Source: Macrostomum lignano
Taxonomy: Eukaryota
Direction: 5' to 3'
DNA length: 64,000 bases
Assembly (NCBI GenBank): GCA_002269645.1
Contig: NIVC01003165.1
Span: 51,852-115,851 of the forward strand
The translations under genes and the position numbers were made by a program. Under the pieces are notes generated by a model. It saw only the letters and a list, made by a program, of their open reading frames with translations, did no database searches and had not been told where the DNA came from. Below, one piece after another: positions 36,465 to 52,500 of the stretch. Position 1 is the first letter of the stretch, and each line of letters begins with the position of its first letter.

Positions 36465-37512
36465 AGCCTTCTCGGTCATCGTCAGGAATGAACTCTGCAG
36501 AGACGCAGCCTTCTCGGTCATCGTCAGGAATGAACTCTGCAGAGACGCAGCCTTCTCGGTCATCGTCAGGAATGAACTCTGCAGAGACGCAGCCTTCTCG
36601 GTCATCGTCAGGAATGAACTCTGCAGAGACGCAGCCTTCTCGGTCATCGTCAGGAATGAACTCTGCAGAGACGCAGCCTTCTCGGTCATCGTCAGGAATG
36701 AACTCTGCAGAGACGCAGCCTTCTCGGTCATCGTCAGGAATGAACTCTGCAGAGACGCAGCCTTCTCGGTCATCGTCAGGAATGAACTCTGCAGAGACGC
36801 AGCCTTCTCGGTCATCGTCAGGAATGAACTCTGCAGAGACGCAGCCTTCTCGGTCATCGTCAGGAATGAACTCTGCAGAGACGCAGCCTTCTCGGTCATC
36901 GTCAGGAATGAACTCTGCAGAGACGCAGCCTTCTCGGTCATCGTCAGGAATGAACTCTGCAGAGACGCAGCCTTCTCGGTCATCGTCAGGAATGAACTCT
37001 GCAGAGACGCAGCCTTCTCGGTCATCGTCAGGAATGAACTCTGCAGAGACGCAGCCTTCTCGGTCATCGTCAGGAATGAACTCTGCAGAGACGCAGCCTT
37101 CTCGGTCATCGTCAGGAATGAACTCTGCAGAGACGCAGCCTTCTCGGTCATCGTCAGGAATGAACTCTGCAGAGACGCAGCCTTCTCGGTCATCGTCAGG
37201 AATGAACTCTGCAGAGACGCAGCCTTCTCGGTCATCGTCAGGAATGAACTCTGCAGAGACGCAGCCTTCTCGGTCATCGTCAGGAATGAACTCTGCAGAG
37301 ACGCAGCCTTCTCGGTCATCGTCAGGAATGAACTCTGCAGAGACGCAGCCTTCTCGGTCATCGTCAGGAATGAACTCTGCAGAGACGCAGCCTTCTCGGT
37401 CATCGTCAGGAATGAACTCTGCAGAGACGCAGCCTTCTCGGTCATCGTCAGGAATGAACTCTGCAGAGACGCAGCCTTCTCGGTCATCGTCAGGAATGAA
37501 CTCTGCAGAGAC
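36465..37512 (+). repeat. Perfect 42-bp in-frame VNTR (~25 units, MNSAETQPSRSSSG)
   Basis: Unit starts run from 36488 to 37496 in 42-bp steps, and I saw no variant unit. Confidence 0.97.
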
Positions 37513-39120
37513 GCAGCAGCAGCAACAAGAGCAGGACTCATCAGTCGAAGCAGCCGGTAGTCACGAAGTGTCCAGTTCGGCTGAACCTGCCAAGCCGACG
37601 GATTCGACAGACTGCAAAGCGAAGCCGCCATCGACTGCGGCTCAGGAATCGCAGTCTGAGAAGGCTGAGCCGCCGACTGCTTCAGTTGCTGCCGACAAGG
37701 CGCCCATTGTGTGCAAGTTGTGCAAGGTGAACTGCAGCTCGCTGCACAACTACAAAATGCATCTGGACGGCAGGCAGCACCGGAAGGCCGCCGCATTTGC
37801 CGGCATTGTTGTCGGGGAGAACGTCAGGCTGACTGCTGAGTCGGATTCCCGTTCTGCTGCTTTGGTTTCATTTGGAGAGGCTGCACCGAAGGCAAAGGTA
37901 AGGGAGCGCTTCGGTGTGGATTGGTGCTACTTGGCATGTTGGTCCTTTTCATATCAGAGGCAGCGGCTGTGTGCACCCTGGCGCACTTGAAGCGACATTG
38001 TCACACAACCGGTGAGAGGCATTGCTACCCATTTCGCCGACTCCCCTGAGCAGGCACACACACATGAGTGTACAGCGGCCCTAACTTTATTTATCTTTAG
38101 GCATTTAGACTTCTCTGCGCCTTGGGGATTGGCCCTCAGGGGCGTTAATTGCACGAGCAGAGCCAAGCCGAGCTTCCAGTTTAGCCCCAAGTTAATGCGA
38201 CCGCACTTGGATTCGAACCTCTGGCACATCAGAACGCTGCGCTAGACCACTGGACTACGGCCCCTCAATTTGGTCCTTGCAGATAAATAACCCCACCTGT
38301 ACTTATTATTTCTGGGAAAGTCATTATTAATTTTAATATGAAGTTTCAATAAGAAAAAAGTTTAGCTACAGGTGTCATGCCTGTACGTCCATGTAGGTGA
38401 TTCAATTAGTAGTTTGTTGCATGTTGCAGCTTTCACCAAATTATGTCACGGAACAGTCTCAGAAACTGGTTGCCACATGGGACTCTCTGTATAGCTTATC
38501 TGGCTATTAGTAAATTATTACATAGTCTGACAGTTTGAAATAGTAACTTTTCGGGCATTTACAACATTATTAAGATTACCTTGTTGAACTTTAAAAATTG
38601 TCAGCCAGAATCAAGATTATAGCAAGTGGTAAAGGGCACTGCCCCCTTATTAGCCAGAGCTGAAGTATTCAACGCGAACCTTTGTCCGCAGAAAGCCCCG
38701 CCGGACTTGTCCGCCGCGACCTCATCGACGTCAGCAGGTCCGAGTGCGTTTCACTGCGACGTGTGCAACATCGACGTGACGGGAGCTGAGAACCTCAAAG
38801 CGCATTACGCGGGCAAGAAGCATCGCAACGCCGTTGCCGGCTTGGAGAAGCAGAAAAATGATCAACAGGATCGGCAGTCTGCAGAGCTGCGGTGCGAGAT
38901 TTGCGACCTGAAATTCGCCGGCCCGTGCCCCTATAAGGATCACATGCAGGGCAGGAAGCATGCTGCCAAGCTTCGCGAACTCGATGCGATCCGAGATCTT
39001 GAGAAGCAGGGCTGCTTGCCGAAATCCAGCTTGAGCAGCGGCAAGCGCTCGACGACAGACGATGGCGACGGAACGTCGACCGCATCTGTCAAAAAATGCA
39101 AGATTGACAAGATTGATTGA
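36488..39120 (+). CDS. U1/matrin-type (zf-met, ZNF385/ZNF346/ZMAT-like) triple zinc-finger protein; exons ~36488-37897 and 38692-39120
   Basis: Three C-x2-C...H-x2-G-x2-H fingers (CKLCKVNCSS..NYKMHLDGRQH; CDVCNIDVTG..NLKAHYAGKKH; CEICDLKFAG...YKDHMQGRKH). The phase-0 GT-AG junction is consistent. The frame is open upstream to ~36311, so the true start is uncertain. Confidence 0.85.
38080..38264 (-). mobile_element. tRNA-derived SINE (family B) in the zinc-finger gene intron
   Basis: The minus strand reads GGGGCCGTAGTCCAGTGGTCTAGCGC...GGTTCGAATCC (A and B boxes). There is no full cloverleaf, and a body plus an AT-rich tail follows. Confidence 0.7.
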
Positions 39121-41726
39121 AGTTTTTTATGCAACAGTATTCCAAGACTTTTATAAAGCAGTTGCGATGATCGCAGGTACGTACAGGTCTGTAAATTTCA
39201 TTGCTTTCAAAATCGCGTATTTGATACGCAGTAGTTTTCTTTCCACCCACTGAAACTTGGTAGTGCAGTAGTTTTTGCAAATTCGTTTGCCTGTTGCTTC
39301 AAGCTACGCCAAGTGTTAACACACATTAATAGATGCTAATAATTTACTCACGAAAGCGAAATCAAAGTTTTTATATAAAATTGTTTAGTATCCGTGTTTA
39401 AAATTGTTTGTTCAGTTACAAAATTTTCTGTCTGCATGCCGTTTTTGGAGCCTTTTATTAATTTCAGAGATTCAAACCGTACATACACTTTAAAATCGAT
39501 AACTGGGTAATGGGCCGTTTTTTCGTTTGTAGCCATTTGTTATGGCATCGACATAACAGCCTAAAACAGTTAAAACAAAAGTTACGAGCTAAGTGCATAT
39601 TTATAAATGCAATACTGAAATGTGTCGGCAGACTTAAGTTATGCAAAGGCTACAGTAAAAAGTTTCTGGGGTATTCAAGTTCTCGGGTGTTTGAAGTCTA
39701 CCATTTTAATTTGTTCGTGCATTTCCTGCACAAAAAACTGACTTTAATAAAAGCTACGTCGTTACGTCGTGACGACCAGGTGTTGGATTGTGTCTGGTGC
39801 CAAATTTATGGTCGTACTATCTTGTTGCGTATTTACTGCAGTGTGTTTTTCCTACAAGACAGCTGTACAAGTTAGTACTTAACATGCACAACTACATGTA
39901 GCTAGTACAGTTGTACATGTAAAAGGCATGTGCATCGTACATGACATGCGGAAAACCAAAAATTAACGAAATTTAGCCTTTTTTATCAAGAGAAACATGC
40001 ATACAACATAAAAACAACATAACCATAAAACATAGTTGATTTATTTTCAGTGTAAAGCATACGAGTAAAGCAGATACATACATGTGTATAACGATCGATT
40101 TCACTAAAATCTTCCACTAAAATGTTTTCCGGTAAACTTTTCCCACTGAATGAAACTACGTGTACGTCATTTTTTCTTTTGTTCCCTCCCTGGTGGTTTT
40201 GTTTTACTGCCAGTGTGTATCCGGCTGCCGAATTTTCGTTTATTGCGCTGCTGCCATGCATTTTTATCTGTTCTACAGTAGTGCATGATCCCGCTTCCCG
40301 CGTTTTCCACTTGCTGCATCCACTCCATTTCCTCTCCACTTGGCGGTCCCTGATCTTTTTTCCCCCAGTATACCGGCTATTCCCACCCGGTGGCTCGATC
40401 ATGAGAGTCTGAGTCTGCGCTGCCAGTCTTGGCCAGACTCCAGTGGGAACCGTCAGATCTAAAGGATCTCATAAAAATTAAGAGTCCTCGGTTGGTTAGG
40501 CCTAGTTCGAGCTGGCTCTCAGGCACTTTGGATTTCTTCTCCGTGAATTATCATGGTGGTAGCCATTTACTACTATAACCATTAGCGAGTAAGCCGACAA
40601 ACACAAAGTATCTTCAAAATCATGTAATTCCGCATATTCTGGTGTACAACCTGCCTTGCAGTCTGGTGGAAAATGGAATCAACTTGAATAACTAAGCCAC
40701 AACAAAAGCTACCTTCCTCTTGAGCTTGAAGAATTCATAAGCTGTAGCTCCCCATTGCTCCCATTTTGTTTGAATCGACTTAGATTTCCTGGAAATTCTA
40801 GCACCCATTTAAAGGAGGCAAACTTTCGCCACCGATCTCAACAGTCGATAGTTTAAAGCGAATTATTTTATTTGCTTATTTTAATTAAGCTCTTGGTGCT
40901 TTATCTGATTTCTTGGTTTCAATTTACTGATGCAAATTTTATTTCTTTTATTTAAGCGATATACAGTCCTAACTGTAACCGGGCCTAATTGGTATCTACT
41001 ATCTATATTGTTATTGATTTTGACAGTCATTTTAGAATTTTGAATTAAAAAAAATTTTTTTTGATAGGCGTGGACCGCATAAACCCTGCTTTTTACTCAT
41101 TAAATTGTCATCATACAGTAGTAACTCAAAACTTCTTTGGAGACGTGAAGCATCGTATAAAACAAATGAAGAGAGCAATATTTTTTCTGTTTCAATCTAT
41201 GAATATGATTAGGGCCTAGTTACAAATTTGAAATTTGTAAAATGCATTCATATTGTGAGCAAAAATGTAATTACTAAGCTTTAAACCATTGCAAACTGAT
41301 TTGTTTTTTAAGATACCCAATTATTGATATTAGTACATAGTGCATAAGTTTTTTGAGCACAAATCTGTAGTGTAAACTAAACAAATTTAACCATTTTTCT
41401 TGTGCTTTTATGTCTGTGACATAGCTATATCTTTATAAATGAAGAAAAACTAATTTGGAAAAATTGATGATTTTTTCTTCTGGCTATTCTATTTCCAACA
41501 ATCCAACTGCATGATATGCTGTATTTTAACTCAAACTTTCATTACTTGTGCGTAGCAGTGATGGTGGCAAGCAGGTGGTTCAAGTGGTTGTCTGGGTCTA
41601 CATCTGGATTTGCAGAAATATTGATTAAAACATTTCAATTATAATTTATTACATTTTATGGTATCATTTTTATTGATTTTGGTAAAGCAGAAGAAACTTG
41701 GTTTTTTAATTCTTATTCTCAACCTG

Positions 41727-42016
41727 ATTGCAGCGCATGGGCATTTTGGCGGACGGCGTCCGGCGCGGATCAGCCTGCGCGGCGCAGCATTGGTGGTGGA
41801 CCAGGGGTAAGTCGCAAAAATGCCACCCCATAAAATACGGGCGTAGTACTAATTAGATGCCGAGGCATTTAGGCTTGATAAGACAGTCATAGTTACTCCT
41901 GCCGTTTACCCAAAACTGCGTTAATTTTGCTTTAGGGTTTCTTTCACAGGTAAGTCATTTCACAGTGTGGCGCAGGTTGTGTAGGCGTCTGGCGTACTTA
42001 AGCCATGCGCTGCAAT
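41727..42016 (-). other. Self-complementary element containing a divergent 28S rRNA domain IV (H68-H71)-like segment
   Basis: Minus strand 41911-41848 reads GGGTAAACGGCAGGAGTAACTATGACTGTCTTATCAAGCCTAAATGCCTCGGCATCTAATTAGT, versus conserved 28S GGGTAAACGGCGGGAGTAACTATGACTCTCTTAAGGTAGCCAAATGCCTCGTCATCTAATTAGT. A perfect 14-bp inverted repeat bounds the element. Confidence 0.75.
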
Positions 42017-43445
42017 AGGGATTCTCAAGAATTTTATACTCAGCAAAATGGGGGTGATATATCCCCATACCCCCTTAGGTACGCTACTGCTTATATCAAA
42101 CCCCCTTACCTTTGGTTCACAATCATTTATAGGCCATATATTTATCCCATTTAAATGATTATAAATGAAATAGATATATAAGATCTTCTTTAACAAAAAT
42201 TTCTAGAAAATGAAATGATAAGAGTAAAACCCCCTAAGGCTTCAATTTACAATAATTCATGATCACATATACAACAAAGGTACTTGCAATTATTTAGCCT
42301 GCATCAACATATATCCCAGCATATATGACAGTGGAAAATTTTCAGCTTATATCATAATTGTCTTTTCTTAGTGCACATAGCTAAAGCAAAAGTGCATAAT
42401 TTGTTGTAAGTTTGTTGCTCTACATAAATAATGAATTCAATAATGAAAAAGCATAAAACATTGGTGTGTAAAATTGAAAACATTTTTAGTCCTGGTGTAT
42501 AAATATGGTCCCTATAATTTTTCTCCCATTGGATATGGTGTATACTAATGCATGTTCCAAACTATGGGTCATGTTTTTGGAGAAAAAATAAGTCCCATGG
42601 CCAGTGTAAATCAGGGGGTTGCACATGCATATTGCATGACATATAATGTTCTAGATCATGATTGAAATGATTGATAGTAATATACAAGCCTGCATAAAAC
42701 ATAAGCTAAAACACAAAAATATTGCTTGTATAAAAGACAACAATAAATGGGCTATTAAATAGAAGCATCAAGTTTTTTAGCTTTGCATAAGAAATTTTTG
42801 TTTACTCCTATCTTGTGGCCCTGTGTAGGCTTATTCAGAGGCTAACTTGTTATCTAGCAGTTTGTTTAGCATGTTCAAAATGCATACTTGAATTGTTTTG
42901 CCACATAGATGCCTAATGAGAAAATACTACAAAGATAATTTGGGTACTAAATGAATAAGCAAGTCAATGAATTTTAATTTCATATTTAATATTGTCTATT
43001 ATAGATTATGATCAAAGGCCTTGAATGCCAAAATCAATAGCTACCAGAATAACACCTGCCAGCCTAGCTAAATTAAGGTTAATAAATTATAAAAATCAAA
43101 TTGAACTTCCTTAATTTTGCATATTTGTAAGAATAAAAGTGACAAAACAGGCAATTTATCTTGAAAGAGCTCTTTAAATTTTTATTTGAAACTGCTTCTA
43201 ATATAAATTTATTGCTACATTTATGTTGAATTTTTATAATTGGACAAGATGCAATTATTTTGAGTCATTCCTAAACTTACATGTACTATTGTTTAGCACT
43301 TGGAAATGAAGCTTATGTGGAAATCATCAACTTGCTTCTCCTTCAGCTCCTGCAAAAAGTCATTAATCAACTGCTGAGAGTAAAGCCGCAGCAGCTGCAC
43401 AATAAGTGCATTTGGAACCAGTATCAGTTATTCAGAATCGCAAGC

Positions 43446-43796
43446 ATGTCCGTTAGTAGTGCAACTACTACTAACAGCCACTCAGTAGTATATGTGACTG
43501 TGCCGAATCAGCAGGTTGGTGAAAAATTGGCCCGCGGTTTGGTTGGGGAGCGGCTGGCAGCCTGCGTGAACATTGTGCCCGGGGTCACCTCAGTCTACGC
43601 CTGGGAGGGCAAGGTTGAGCAGGACAGCGAACTGCTGCTCATCATCAAGACTCGCACTGGCCTGCTCTCCAGCCTCACTGACTATGTGAAAGCCAATCAC
43701 GACTACGATGTACCGGAGGTGATTTCTCTGCCTATTCAGGATGGCCTGCCAGCCTATCTGAACTGGGTTGACAGCTCCACGAAGGAGCCGGCTTAA
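43446..43796 (+). CDS. CUTA: CutA divalent-cation tolerance protein homolog (116 aa)
   Basis: 'VVYVTVPN....KLARGLV.ERLAACVNIVPGVTSVYAWEGKVE.D.E.LLIIKT...H.YDVPEVISLPI..G...YL.WV'. Confidence 0.96.
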   Translation: MSVSSATTTNSHSVVYVTVPNQQVGEKLARGLVGERLAACVNIVPGVTSVYAWEGKVEQDSELLLIIKTRTGLLSSLTDYVKANHDYDVPEVISLPIQDGLPAYLNWVDSSTKEPA

Positions 43797-44150
43797 GACT
43801 GTTTGAAAATGCTTACTTAGACTTAGCCTTGGCTTTGATATGATCGAAATATACTACTTAGTTTTTGTGCTTTATCTCTATTCAAGTGTCTTGTGTTATT
43901 TATAAACAGGTAGTTTTTTGAGATTTGTCGATTCTGGCTCATGTACACTGATATCGTGCTCGCATGTCTGTCTCTTGTGAGTTATCAAAACAGTTGCTGC
44001 ACTGTCTTTAGGGTCACAGCGTGTGTCAGTGACACACCAGCTTTGCTTTAGGTCAAAGTGACCATTGCTTGGCTTTCATGAATAGCGTGCATCGCACATT
44101 CCATAAGACGAGTTAACAATCGAATCATTAACATTCGCTACTAAAAGTAG

Positions 44151-48646
<4,496 letters not shown>

Positions 48647-48679
48647 AAATGCAAACTGTGATACTCAAACTACTGTAAT

Positions 48680-48960
48680 GTCTCACTTCTCTTATCCCCT
48701 TACTGTAGCTCTTCTCCCTCCCCATCTCCCATCTATTCTCACTACCCATCTCCCATCTATTCTCCCTCTCCATCTCCTATCTATTCTCCCTACCCATCTC
48801 CCATCTATTTTCCCTCCCCATCTCCTATCTATTCTTCCTCTGAATCTCCCATCTATTCTCCTCATCTCCCATCTATTCTCCCTCTCCATCTCGTATCTAT
48901 TCTTCCTCCCTATTTATCTATTCCTTTCTCCGTAACTCCTATCTATTCTGTCTTCCTTTC
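48680..48960. repeat. CT-rich degenerate repeat (CCCATCTATTCTC-like)
   Basis: Low-complexity pyrimidine-rich periodic tract after the TTLL1 stop. Confidence 0.75.
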
Positions 48961-49532
48961 TTCCTTCTATTCTCTCTGTCGTATCCATCTTTCATCCTAC
49001 TTGAAAATTACTGCTTTCTGAGTTTGAGCTGTTTAATGCACTGATTCCGTCCTGACTCTGCGTGCTGTGTTTTTCTAGTCACTTATTTTACCCCACGGAT
49101 TTAAAAATCAATGACAGTTATACAATTATTACGATTGAGTAAAACGGGTCACTTAGTTTCCTAGAAAAGGTTTAAGTTTTCACTTTGCAAAACAAAGCCG
49201 TACGCCCATATTCGTGTATTTGTAATTTTTTTACCTTGTTAAGTTTTCTTGGCTGCTATTGCGTTAATGTGATCCATTTTTATAAAAAAATATGTTGTGA
49301 AATAATATCTTTATCACTATTTAAAAGTTGATTCTTATCTCATTGGTTATTTATTGCAGTCAATTATACGTAGTGTAATAAAAATATTATAGCATGTCGT
49401 CTAAAAAACTTTTAAACATTTCTTCCAGAGCAAGCGTTGTAAATTAATTTCACGCTTATCAGCTTACTGACTGACCTGCGATCTCCGAAACGGACGCGCC
49501 CGCGCTTTTGGAATTGTTAATTTAAACTGAAA

Positions 49533-52500
49533 ATGTCATCGGGTATTGATAAGGCGCTTCGCCAGGTTATTAATGTGAGTGTGCGCTGACTGCCTTTTAT
49601 GTAGGCTTTACAACTGCTTGTGTAATTATTGGCCTGAGTCATTGGCAGCTTGAACCATAGACTATTTATTGAGGGTCTGAGATGCTTACAGCAGCCATAG
49701 ACTAACAAAATTATGGCTTGAGTTCATGGCAGCTAATGCCATAGACTAACCAACTGATAGCAACAGTCCCTGGTAGTTTAAGCCATAAACCAACCAACTG
49801 ATAGCCAGAGTTCCTGGTATTTTCAGCCATAGACTAACCAACTGATAGCCAGAGTTCCTGGTATTTTCAGCCATAGACTAACCAACTGATAGCCAGAGTT
49901 CCTGGTATTTTCAGCCATAGACTAACCAACTGATAGCAACAGTCCCCGGTGGTTTAAGCCATAAACCAACCAACTGATAGCAAGAGTTCCTTTTAAGCTA
50001 TAGACTACCCAACTGATAGCGAGAGTCCCTGGTAGTTTGAGCCATAGACTAATCCGATCAAGCACCGGAGACGCTGGCATTTCAAAAAACAACACTGCCA
50101 AATACCATTCTTTAACCGCAGGATGTGTACACCGCCTGCAAGCAGAAGGAGCAGCAGGCTGCTGACGCCAGCGCTGACAACAGCCCTGTTGGCATGGACT
50201 CTGCAGCTGTGCAGGAGAAACTGCAGTTCCTTGAGTGCTACTTGAATAGCGATGTAAGTTTTATTTTGTATATGAAATATGTAGCCTTAGCCTCTAAAAG
50301 TCTCCCCGAATAAGTCAAATTCATCAGCATGTGCAATTCCTAAACCATTGACATTGCAGACCAATAGTTTGTCCAATCGTTGCAAGGCCGGCTCCGCGTT
50401 CATCGCTTTGAAAAAGCACTATCTGGGATGTAATCTGTCCAAAGCTTTGGAGTACTTTGCCTGTAAGACACTTGTTTAATTTGTTAAGCTAAGCCGAACA
50501 ATTCAGGGCCACTGTACACCCTGTGTGAGCGTGTGTATGAGTGCGTGCCGTGAGTACAGTATTGGCGCGCTTGTGTGCGCTCAGGAGTCTGCGGAATGGG
50601 CAGAGATAGCCTCGGCGCTGATTGTGGGCACCATGGTGTCTGCAGCCCTCATGCAATTTTTATTTGTGAGTTAGCTAGTTAGTCAGTCAGTCAGTCATTT
50701 AGTCAGTCAGTCAATCAGTCAGCCAGTCAGTCAGTCAGTCAGTCAGCCAGTCAGTCAGCCAGTCAGTCAGCCAGTCAGTTAGTCAGCCAGTCAGTCAGTC
50801 AGTCAGCCAGTCAGTCAGCCAGTCAGTCAGTCAGTCAGTCAGTCAGTCAGCCAGTCAGTCAGTCAGTCAGTCAGCCAGTCAGTCAGCCAGTCAGTCAGTC
50901 AGTCAGTTAGTTAGTCAGTGAAAGCTTCTCCTCCGCCCCATTCCAGGCTCCGCGCTGCCGATGCAGATCTGCCTCATCCAGGGCCTGGTCACCGCGCACG
51001 AGCCCAGCCTCACGGAGGAGAGCGCCGACATCTTGCTGGAGACGCTGTACTCCGGGCTGAAGCAGCAGGACCTGGTGTTCCACTGCCTCACCTGCCTGCT
51101 GAGTCTGCTCAGCCTTGGCGAGTCCGCCGCAACTCCGCCGGCTCCAGCGGAGGCAGCGGGCGGCTCGCAGCAGCAGCAGCGCAACTTCTTCACCGCCCCG
51201 GCCGTGCTGCAGTCGATCCTGCGCCGCCTGCTGGGCTTCTGGGACTCCCCGCTGTACTTTGTGCCCAACCTGACCGTGAAGATCTTCCACTGCATCGTGG
51301 CTAACTGGTCCACAGACTCCGGCTCGCCCAATCCCGCCCTGGCTGCCTTCATTGACGAGCTCTGGACAATGCCCATGCTGTGCCGCGGCGCCCTGCGCTT
51401 CTGGTCTGCGCTGGTGCCGCTGCTAGACGAGATCCGCATCATCGGCCTCTGCAGCCGCCTGGTTGACGCTCTGGACGTCAACTACACCGCCAGCGCCGCT
51501 GCCAGTCTTTTTGGCGTCATCGCCGGGGCGCTGACCCAGCGCGGCAAGACGGACCTGCTAGCCCAGATCTTCCCGGACATGTGCCACCGGATGCGCCACA
51601 TGTCGCAGCTGTCGCAGCGCAACTTCTGCTCCCTGATCCTGCCCGTGTACATCGCCTCCGACACGAGTTTCAATTTCAGCGCCCGGGAACTACCGGACGG
51701 CAACAATCCGCACGGGAACTTCTTCGACATTCAGTGCTGGTGCAGCGTGGCCAAGCACTGCAAGCTGCGCGGCCGCCTGCCTAGAATGCGCATGGCTGAT
51801 CTGAGAATGGCCCTCATCCACTGCGATGAGCAGACCAGGGCGGCTGCACTGGAGGTGCTCTGTCTGAGCAACAAGCCGGTTAGTTGCCTGCCCCTGACTG
51901 TGTTTGAAATTGCCGATATGTTGTGTAATTAACTTTATAAAGACTGTGTCCCCTTGCCGCACCCAGACGTGCCACATCACGCCGCAGTCGCTGAAGATGA
52001 TCCTGGAGTTCTTCTGCCTCAACATGAACTCCGACCAGCCGCCGTTCCGCCAGCGCCTCCTGGCCTGCTTCCGGTCCGTCTGCCAGCAGGTGAAGGACGG
52101 CTGCATCCAGGCACTGCCGGAGCTGAGCACCCGCCTGGCCGCTGAGCCGCCGGCTGAACTGGCGGCAGCTGAAGGGCAGAGGAGTACGACGATGGCGGCG
52201 GCGCCTCCCGGCTGGTGCACTGCCTGCTGCCCGACATCTCCGTGGCGACGCGGATTGCCCAGTTCGACGCCATCGTCTCCTCCGCCGCCGTGATCGGCGC
52301 CAACTCCGGCGACAAGACCGACAGCGCCGAGGAGTTCCTGGTGTTCGAGGACGACCCGTCGAAGACTTCGCCGGATGCTTTGCTTAGCAACGTGAAACTG
52401 TTGGCGCAGTTCGTTCGTCAGCTGTTGGATAGCGACGTGTGGTTTCCTGGAGCCTGCTACCAGCGCCAGCGCACCTGCATTGAGTACCTGCAGATCGCCT

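Noticed and set aside
36303-37796. 497-aa antisense ORF
   Set aside because: It is open only because the 42-bp unit lacks a stop in that frame; the sense frame carries the zinc fingers and splice sites.
41848-41911. Functional rRNA gene or mitochondrial insertion
   Set aside because: It is short, lacks the universal UAAGGUAGC, has a mismatch in helix 69, and has no flanking rDNA.
41925-41940. AACCCTAA on the minus strand as a telomerase RNA template
   Set aside because: It lies in the 28S-aligned stretch, and I could not build a convincing TER pseudoknot, CR4/5 or H/ACA domain; an 8-mer match is weak.
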